A stretch of DNA of 32,000 nucleotides from Candidatus Saccharimonadota bacterium (GTDB lineage Bacteria > Patescibacteriota > Saccharimonadia > Saccharimonadales > Saccharimonadaceae), in the NCBI GenBank assembly GCA_020160975.1, contig JAIUPJ010000001.1, positions 750,001-782,000 of the forward strand, written 5' to 3'. Positions 26,282 through 32,000 of the stretch are shown in pieces. The position numbers and the translations under genes were made by a program. Each line of letters starts with the position of its first letter. Positions within the stretch are counted from its first letter, which is position 1. Below the pieces are notes generated by a model. The model was given only the letters and a program-made list of their open reading frames with translations, was not told the DNA's origin and ran no database searches.

Positions 26282-26689
26282 ATGTGGTTAAAACGCGCCG
26301 TTGGACTAACGCTCATCATCACCTTCGCAGCGATGATTACTATTGTCGCAAAGGGTATCTTCTTGAATTCGCCCGAGACTCCGTCAGTAGCGGCACCATC
26401 GCCGTCGAGGACCCAGGGCACGAAGGGTACGCCGCCTATCATTACTCTTTCTGTCGAGCCGAGCACTAATACGATTGGCGCGTACAGCGTCGTTACCTGG
26501 TCAGTGAGTGGCGACTCACCAACCTGTAGGGCCGAAGGCGAATGGCAAGGAGAGCGAATGCTAACTGGTAGCATGAGTACGGGCAAGCTTGTGGCTGCAG
26601 GAACCGCCGAATATCGATTAATTTGTGCCAGTGATAGCGGTCCGGCCGAAAAGTCGGTAACACTCACTGTGGAAGCGCCTAAACAATAA
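26282..26689 (+). CDS. Small membrane-anchored protein carrying one copy of the same Cys-pair Ig-like repeat
   Basis: 135 aa. Strong SD GAAGGAGGAAAG. TM GLTLIITFAAMITIVAKGIFL and a PS-rich linker. The repeat ITLSVEPSTNTIGAYSVVTWSVSGDSPTCRAEGEWQGER...AEYRLICASDSGPAEKSVTLTVEA spans 26435-26674. Confidence 0.7.
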   Translation: MWLKRAVGLTLIITFAAMITIVAKGIFLNSPETPSVAAPSPSRTQGTKGTPPIITLSVEPSTNTIGAYSVVTWSVSGDSPTCRAEGEWQGERMLTGSMSTGKLVAAGTAEYRLICASDSGPAEKSVTLTVEAPKQ

Positions 26690-26731
26690 TTCAATCGGCC
26701 GTGATCTCATGCCATCAAACTGTTGCTGATA

Positions 26732-26740
26732 TGGTAAAAT
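26732..26740 (+). promoter_or_regulatory. Extended -10 (TGgTAAAAT), 9 nt upstream of the alaS ATG
   Basis: TGGTAAAAT 26732-26740, nine nt, then ATG 26750. No SD and no room for a T-box leader. Confidence 0.45.
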
Positions 26741-26749
26741 AACAGAGAT

Positions 26750-28648
26750 ATGAATACTCAACAAATCCGCAATGCTTATTTGAAATTCTTTGAAGAGCGG
26801 GGCCATGCTGTCATTGCCCGCGCGCCACTTGTCTTAATGGACGACCCTACGACGCTCTTTACCGGCAGCGGTATGCAGCCGATTATTCCGTATTTGCTCG
26901 GTCAGCCGCACGATTCAGGTATTCGCCTGGTCAATAGCCAGACTTGTCTGCGAGCTCAGGACATCGAAGACATCGGCAACAATCGCCATACCACTTTTTT
27001 TGAGATGCTGGGCAATTGGAGTCTGGGTGACTATTTCAAGCAAGAGCAAGTGCCGTGGATGTTTGAGTTTCTGACCGATATTGTAGGGCTGGATCCGAGC
27101 AAGCTCTACGTGACGTGTTACATCGGCAACCAAGAGTTTGGTATTGAGAAAGATACAGAAGCGGCCGATCTGTGGGCTGCGCTGTTCGCTCGCAAGGGTC
27201 TGAGTAGTGGCATGGCCGACATTGGCAGCGAAGAAGCAGGATACGCGCGCGGCATGCGTGAGGGCGAGCGAATTTTCTTTTATGACGGTAGCAAGAACTG
27301 GTGGAGCCGTAGCGGCAATGAAGCCAATACGCCAGTTGGCGATCCGTGTGGTCCCGATAGTGAAATGTTCTATCAGTTTGATGTCCCACACAATCCTGAA
27401 TTTGGCGAGCACTGCCATCCGAACTGCGATTGTGGTCGCTTCATGGAGATTGGCAACAATGTTTTTATGGCCTACAAAAAAGTGGCTGAAGGTAAGTTTG
27501 AGCCACTCGCCAAGCCAAATATCGACCAAGGCTCAGGTCTTGAGCGCATCGCTGCGGCCGCTAACAACGACCCAGATGTTTTCAGGACTTCACTCATGTG
27601 GCCTATTATCGAGAAGCTAGAAGACCTCAGTGGCAAAAAATATGAAACACATACCGAAAGCATGCGGGTGATTGCCGATCACTTACGCGCTGCAACCTTC
27701 CTTGCGGTTGATGGCTGTGTGCCGAGTAACAAAGAGCAGGGCTACGTCATGCGTCGACTGCTGCGCCGTGCGATTCGCTACAGCTTCGATCTCGGTGTCG
27801 AGCAAAATTTCCTGGAGCAAATTGTTCCGGTGATTGCCGACTTGTATCACGACGACTTTCCAGAAGTTGCCGCAAAACGCGATGATGTTATAGCGGTGCT
27901 TGTCAAAGAAGAAAAGACCTTTCGCCAGACGCTGCGCAACGGTATCAAGCAGATGCAGAAGTTTACTGCCGATGGGCTGACGGGCACCGAGCTCTTTACA
28001 CTGTACGATACCTATGGTTTTCCGGTAGAGCTATCTGTCGAAGAAGCGCACAAGCAGGGTATTGTCTTGCCGGATGATTGGCGTGAACAATTCGACGCTA
28101 AGATGAAGGAACAGCGCGAGCGCAGCCAGACCGCTTCCAAAGGTGCCTTCAAAGGTGGTCTCGGTGGCCAAACGTTGCAGCACCGTAAATACCACACCGC
28201 CACGCACCTTATGTACCAGGCTTTACGTGACGTGCTCGGTGAGCATGTCGTTCAGCGCGGTAGTAATATTACCGAAGAGCGTCTGCGGTTTGATTTCTCT
28301 CACCCAGAGAAAGTTACTCGCGAGCAGCTCGATGCAGTAGAAAAAATCGTCAACGAACAAATCGCCAAGGATTTGCAGATTAGTTTCGCCGAATACCCAA
28401 CTGAAGAGGCGACAGGTCCACTCGGTGCGCTTGGCCAATTTGGTGATAGGTACGGCGACACGGTAAAAGTCTACAGCATGAAAGACCCCAACTCACCAGC
28501 CGATGAGCGACCGTTCAGCTTCGAGATTTGTGGCGGCCCTCATGTCGACCATACCCACGAACTAATCGAAGACGGCAAAATCTTCAAAATCACCAAAGAA
28601 GAAGCCAGCTCTGCCGGCATCCGTAGAGTAAAAGCAGTACTTCAATAG
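26750..28648 (+). CDS. alaS: Alanine--tRNA ligase, compact form (catalytic + editing domains, no C-Ala/DHHA1 domain)
   Basis: 632 aa. IRNAYLKFFEERGH, FTGSGMQP, FFEMLGNWSLGDYFK, editing-site zinc motifs HTATH and CGGPH. Ends at GIRRVKAVLQ. Confidence 0.93.
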   Translation: MNTQQIRNAYLKFFEERGHAVIARAPLVLMDDPTTLFTGSGMQPIIPYLLGQPHDSGIRLVNSQTCLRAQDIEDIGNNRHTTFFEMLGNWSLGDYFKQEQVPWMFEFLTDIVGLDPSKLYVTCYIGNQEFGIEKDTEAADLWAALFARKGLSSGMADIGSEEAGYARGMREGERIFFYDGSKNWWSRSGNEANTPVGDPCGPDSEMFYQFDVPHNPEFGEHCHPNCDCGRFMEIGNNVFMAYKKVAEGKFEPLAKPNIDQGSGLERIAAAANNDPDVFRTSLMWPIIEKLEDLSGKKYETHTESMRVIADHLRAATFLAVDGCVPSNKEQGYVMRRLLRRAIRYSFDLGVEQNFLEQIVPVIADLYHDDFPEVAAKRDDVIAVLVKEEKTFRQTLRNGIKQMQKFTADGLTGTELFTLYDTYGFPVELSVEEAHKQGIVLPDDWREQFDAKMKEQRERSQTASKGAFKGGLGGQTLQHRKYHTATHLMYQALRDVLGEHVVQRGSNITEERLRFDFSHPEKVTREQLDAVEKIVNEQIAKDLQISFAEYPTEEATGPLGALGQFGDRYGDTVKVYSMKDPNSPADERPFSFEICGGPHVDHTHELIEDGKIFKITKEEASSAGIRRVKAVLQ

Positions 28649-28649
28649 C
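28604..28649 (+). repeat. Direct repeat copy 1 (last 45 nt of alaS including the stop, plus 1 nt)
   Basis: GCCAGCTCTGCCGGCATCCGTAGAGTAAAAGCAGTACTTCAATAGC. Matches 28737-28782 at 44 of 46 positions. Confidence 0.9.
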
Positions 28650-28699
28650 ACCAGGGAAGAGCAGCCCATCCCGAGCGATTTACTCGCTCGCATGGCGCG

Positions 28700-28727
28700 A
28701 TGAGAAACCTGCTTGCAGGTGTCTCAT
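28700..28727. other. Stem-loop between convergent alaS and the orphan gene (possible terminator, no U-tract)
   Basis: ATGAGAAACCTG CTTG CAGGTGTCTCAT: a 12-position stem (11 base pairs) with one A.G mismatch and a 4-nt loop. A second 7-bp hairpin lies at 28672-28690 (CGAGCGA TTTAC TCGCTCG). Confidence 0.35.
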
Positions 28728-28736
28728 AACAGTGTT

Positions 28737-28782
28737 GCCAGCTCTGCCGGCATCCGTAGAATAAAAGTAGTACTTCAATAGC
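28737..28782 (+). repeat. Direct repeat copy 2 (noncoding duplicate of the alaS 3' terminus)
   Basis: GCCAGCTCTGCCGGCATCCGTAGAATAAAAGTAGTACTTCAATAGC. Lies 87 nt after copy 1 and 17 nt from the stop of the minus-strand orphan gene. Confidence 0.9.
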
Positions 28783-28799
28783 CGAATGAAATGAGGCGA

Positions 28800-29702
28800 C
28801 TAGCCAGCGCTCGTATGGTTTTTCCCCAATTGATCGATTAGTCTGTCGAGCGTCAACTGGCTAAAATCTAATCCAGTTACTTTGTCCAATCCTACTAAAT
28901 CAACTGTTCCGGACGGAAGGTGCGTAGTGTAGCGCATGCTTTCGACAAGAAAATTGCGCACAAGCATATCCTCATTGATTTCGTAAGTAACACGTGTCTC
29001 CACTGACGCTGACGTATCGCCATCGATTGCGGCAGTGTGGGTGGTAAATGCGTAGCGACGCGTTGCATCGATGTCTCTCATAACACGTAGAGTGACGGCA
29101 ACAGAGTGCTTCTCCTTTGGGTTGTTATAGTCAAACTCGTAAGTGAGCATAGACTCGTATTCACTCGTCTCAGAGAGCCCTGATTCAATCAGCCTGAGAA
29201 GAGTACTGTTGAGAGGATCGATAGGATGGAGGTCTTCGTGATAGTAATTTTTTTGAAGATGGACTTCATCGTTGAGTGCACCATCAAGAGCCATGGTGGT
29301 AAGTGTGATACCGAGGGCACCTGGGTCAATTGCGAATCGTGCACCATCTTTATAAAAATAATAGTGTCGAGAGTTATCAGTGTGTCGATGTCCTGAAAAA
29401 TGAAGCACGGACTCATCAAGGAGAAACACTTCTAACCCAAATTCGGTCGTCTTATTTTCACGAGAGACACCGAACTCAACAGCCTCAGGACTGGTAGCCA
29501 GTAGCTGTAATGTGTCAGCAACCTCAGGTGGCCAAATTATCCGAGAGAAGTCGCCGGCATAGAGGTAGTTCGCATGCCGACATTGCGGTTCTATGTTCTT
29601 TTTTTGTGCAATGTCATAGAGCTCTTGGATTGCACGAGTAAAATTGACGATAGACTCGGGATCGTATTCTATTGATTTTGGAGCTGGATCTGTCTGAACC
29701 AT
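28800..29702 (-). CDS. Orphan hypothetical protein (300 aa), AT-rich, opposite strand
   Basis: MVQTDPAPKSIEYDPESIVNF... No signal peptide, TM or recognised motif. Has its own promoter. The ORF-track start 29777 runs through the promoter and the inverted-repeat element and is rejected. Confidence 0.65.
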   Translation of the reverse strand: MVQTDPAPKSIEYDPESIVNFTRAIQELYDIAQKKNIEPQCRHANYLYAGDFSRIIWPPEVADTLQLLATSPEAVEFGVSRENKTTEFGLEVFLLDESVLHFSGHRHTDNSRHYYFYKDGARFAIDPGALGITLTTMALDGALNDEVHLQKNYYHEDLHPIDPLNSTLLRLIESGLSETSEYESMLTYEFDYNNPKEKHSVAVTLRVMRDIDATRRYAFTTHTAAIDGDTSASVETRVTYEINEDMLVRNFLVESMRYTTHLPSGTVDLVGLDKVTGLDFSQLTLDRLIDQLGKNHTSAG

Positions 29703-29709
29703 GTTTATT

Positions 29710-29738
29710 ATTATAGCACAAACATCAATAAAAAGCAA
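29710..29738 (-). promoter_or_regulatory. Sigma70-type promoter of the orphan gene: TTGCTT, 17 nt, TATAAT, 7 nt, ATG (leaderless-type)
   Basis: Minus strand reads TTGCTT (29738-29733), a 17-nt spacer, TATAAT (29715-29710), AATAAAC, then ATG 29702. Confidence 0.55.
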
Positions 29739-29749
29739 CATTTCTCTAA

Positions 29750-29862
29750 ATCTGAGTCTCAAACCTCTCCGACGCACCGTAAAGCGACTGCAGCCCTAGT
29801 ATCTCTGTAAGAGATACTAGGGCGCGTAGGGGGGTGCGGAGTGGGAGGTTTTGAGACTCAGG
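29750..29862. mobile_element. MITE-like nested inverted-repeat element (~113 bp) flanked by the 9-bp direct repeat TTTCTCTAA
   Basis: Terminal arms CTGAGTCTCAAA (29752-29763) and TTTGAGACTCAG (29850-29861) are perfect 12-bp complements, extended imperfectly (CCTC..CGCACC / GGTGCG..GAGG). Inner perfect 13-bp palindrome with a 5-nt loop at 29793-29823. TTTCTCTAA occurs at 29741-29749 and 29863-29871. Confidence 0.45.
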
Positions 29863-29889
29863 TTTCTCTAACCGTAACCACAATTCATG

Positions 29890-29895
29890 TATAAT
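29890..29895 (+). promoter_or_regulatory. -10 box TATAAT, 8 nt upstream of the ftsA ATG
   Basis: TATAAT 29890-29895, then GAACCTAT, then ATG 29904. No SD. Confidence 0.45.
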
Positions 29896-29903
29896 GAACC
29901 TAT

Positions 29904-31166
29904 ATGGTCTTCGAAAAACTACTTAAAAGAGGCGCAGCTGACACCCCTGGCTACATTGTTGGGCTGGATATCGGTACCGAATACATCAAGGCATTGATTG
30001 CGCACGTCAAGGGCGATCACATCGAGATTGTCGGCGTGGGCCGTGCTCATCAGGAGCTGGCAGATATGCATCAGGGAGCAATTGCTGATATCGCTGGCGT
30101 GGTGCGCAACTGCGAAACCGCACTGGCGCAGGCCGAAGAACAAGCGGGTTTGCAGGCAAAAAAAGCCGTTATTGGTATCGCAGGCGAGCTCGTCAAGGGT
30201 GTTACCAATACGATTCGCTACCGTCGGCCGCAGCCCGATCGTCCGCTTGACGAGTCAGAAATGGAATTTATCATCGAGAAGGTGCAAGACCGAGCAGCGA
30301 CCAAAGCGCAAAAACAAATTGCGCTCGAGACTGGCAACGATGATGTGGAGGTAAAGCTCGTCAACTCGGCACTTGTCAGTATCCATATCGATGGCTACAA
30401 AGTTAGCAATCCGATTGGGTTCCAGGGCAAAGATGTCGCCGTGCAGATCTATACGGCGTTTGCACCGATGGTGCACATCGGGGCGCTCGAGCGAGTAGCG
30501 GATGAGTTGGCGCTAGAGCTTGTCGCTGTGGCGGCCGAGCCGTTCGCCGTCAGCCGCAGTGTCCTTGGTACAGATGCCAACAGTAATTTCACGGCAATTC
30601 TGGCGGATGTTGGCGGTGGCACAACTGATATCGCGGTGGTCAATGATGGTGGCGTCGAGGGTACCAAGATGTTTGGGATCGGTGGGCGCAGTTTCACCAA
30701 CACCATCGCCAACGAAATGAATATCAGTTACGAAGACGCTGAAAAACTCAAAGTCAACATCGATGATGAAAAGGTCAAAGAGTCAGTCAAAAAGGATGTT
30801 GCCGCTGCCACAGACAAAACCCTCGAAGTGTGGCTGGCTGGTGTTGAGCTGGCACTGAGCGAATTTGACTCAGTTGATCACTTGCCTCCACGCATCCTTC
30901 TCTGTGGTGGCGGTGCTAGTTTGCGGCAGCTGGTTGACGCTCTGAGCGACCGCGAGTGGTACAAAGAACTACCATTTACCAAGCGGCCGAGTGTCCAGCA
31001 TATCAAACCGAGTGATGTCATCGGTATTGTCGATCCCAGCGGCAAAGCAGCAGGACACACGTACATTACAGCGATGGGCCTGTTGAGGGTTGGCTATGAT
31101 ACAATGATAGGCACAAGCGATGTCGATTCTCTCAAAGAAAAACTGAATCGAATGCTCCGAATCTAA
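29904..31166 (+). CDS. ftsA: Cell division protein FtsA (actin/HSP70-fold ATPase)
   Basis: 420 aa. VGLDIGTEYIKALIA, IADIAGVVRNCETALAQAEEQAG, DVGGGTTDIAV, LCGGGASL. Short C-terminal tail KEKLNRMLRI that could form the amphipathic membrane-targeting helix typical of FtsA (not checked). Confidence 0.85.
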   Translation: MVFEKLLKRGAADTPGYIVGLDIGTEYIKALIAHVKGDHIEIVGVGRAHQELADMHQGAIADIAGVVRNCETALAQAEEQAGLQAKKAVIGIAGELVKGVTNTIRYRRPQPDRPLDESEMEFIIEKVQDRAATKAQKQIALETGNDDVEVKLVNSALVSIHIDGYKVSNPIGFQGKDVAVQIYTAFAPMVHIGALERVADELALELVAVAAEPFAVSRSVLGTDANSNFTAILADVGGGTTDIAVVNDGGVEGTKMFGIGGRSFTNTIANEMNISYEDAEKLKVNIDDEKVKESVKKDVAAATDKTLEVWLAGVELALSEFDSVDHLPPRILLCGGGASLRQLVDALSDREWYKELPFTKRPSVQHIKPSDVIGIVDPSGKAAGHTYITAMGLLRVGYDTMIGTSDVDSLKEKLNRMLRI

Positions 31167-31168
31167 GC

Positions 31169-32000
31169 ATGCAAAAAGACGTACTATATATCGATGTCGA
31201 AGACGATATTACCGCAATCATCGGTAAAGTTAAAGAGGCCAAGCATCATATCGTCGCCCTCGTTCCGCCAAAACGGATTGGCGCAATTCAGAGTGCGGTC
31301 AACCTCAAGCTGGTGCATCGTGCCGCCGAGCAGGCCAACAAACGACTGGTGATTATTAGCAATAATGCTGCGCTCATGGCATTGGCAGGCTCGGCTGGGA
31401 TTCCCGTGGCCAAAAATCTGCAGAGCAAACCCGAGCTAGCAGAGGTAGCTGCGCTAGATATTGATGACGGCGAGGATATCATCGATGGGGCAGATGTTCC
31501 TGCGCTCGAAGCAACGGAAGAAGTCGTTGACCCGGAAGATGAGTCTGTCGCGACAGTCAGCAAGCCAGCATCGTCCAAAAAAGCTACCACCGTCTCAGTT
31601 TCTAGTCTGGGCGCCACGGCGCTCGCTGCCAAGGACAAGGTCAAGATTCCAAATTTCGATACCTTTCGCAAGAAATTATTTATCGGCCTCACGGCACTCG
31701 CCCTTTTAATCGGTTTTCTGGTATGGGCGATCGTTTTTGCGCCGAGCGCGCGTATTGTCATCACGGCACGGACGACCGATGCCGCACTCAACAGTAATGT
31801 AACGTTCAGCCCAGCGCTTGCCACTGATCTCAAGGCAGGCACGATTAAGTCAGAGGTCAAGACATTGAAAAAGGACGTCTCGATACCGCTTGCCGCAACG
31901 GGCAAAAAGGATGTAGGGACAAAAGCGACGGGTACGGTGAAGTTTGTGCCGACGAGTCCGATGGTGTTTCTAAACGGCGCCACGATTCCTGCAGGTACTT
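31169..32000 (+). CDS. Hypothetical bitopic membrane protein, 5' part only (continues past window end)
   Basis: Own translation. ATG 31169 is 2 nt after the ftsA stop: MQKDVLYIDVEDDITAIIGKVKEAKHHIVALVPP... An acidic linker follows, then TM LFIGLTALALLIGFLVWAIVFAP, then a beta-rich ectodomain (...GTVKFVPTSPMVFLNGATIPAGT). Not in the ORF track because it has no in-window stop. The 231-aa minus ORF 31288-31983 is its antisense shadow. Confidence 0.65.
   Translation, partial: MQKDVLYIDVEDDITAIIGKVKEAKHHIVALVPPKRIGAIQSAVNLKLVHRAAEQANKRLVIISNNAALMALAGSAGIPVAKNLQSKPELAEVAALDIDDGEDIIDGADVPALEATEEVVDPEDESVATVSKPASSKKATTVSVSSLGATALAAKDKVKIPNFDTFRKKLFIGLTALALLIGFLVWAIVFAPSARIVITARTTDAALNSNVTFSPALATDLKAGTIKSEVKTLKKDVSIPLAATGKKDVGTKATGTVKFVPTSPMVFLNGATIPAGT

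Overview
Gene-dense 32-kb chromosomal window. I call 29 protein-coding genes, 26 on the + strand, and found no rRNA, tRNA or CRISPR array. All domain assignments come from motif reading by eye, not from database searches.

Most genes are housekeeping:
- Glycolysis: pyk-pgk-tpiA.
- DNA and RNA maintenance: UvrD/PcrA helicase, rsmA (ksgA).
- Translation: metG-tatD, a compact alaS.
- tRNA thiolation: cysteine desulfurase-DUF218-mnmA.
- Division: ftsA.
- Others: VIT1/CCC1 metal transporter, MacB-type ABC pair, GH5 glycosidase, YabE-like DUF348/G5 wall hydrolase, PgeF-like protein, one lone type IV pilin-like gene.

The short AlaRS and MetRS, the many membrane-anchored hypothetical proteins and standard code 11 suggest a CPR/Patescibacteria (Saccharibacteria-like) genome. 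That placement is inference only.

Observations most worth a second look:
1. A four-gene operon at 22819-26689. A canonical NOX/FRE-type transmembrane flavocytochrome sits among three membrane-anchored extracytoplasmic proteins. One of these carries three Cys-pair Ig-like repeats and a divergent cytochrome-b5-like C-terminal domain. This is a candidate trans-envelope electron-transfer module.
2. An AT-rich orphan gene at 28800-29702 on the opposite strand. It is flanked on one side by a 46-bp duplication of the alaS 3' end and on the other by a 113-bp MITE-like nested inverted repeat with a 9-bp direct-repeat flank.
3. A recurring promoter layout with a -10 box 5-9 nt upstream of the start codon at about 12 genes, implying leaderless or near-leaderless mRNAs. 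Operon-internal genes instead use Shine-Dalgarno sites or overlapping stop/start codons.
4. The first, partial secreted-protein gene has its signal peptide and its mature region in different reading frames.
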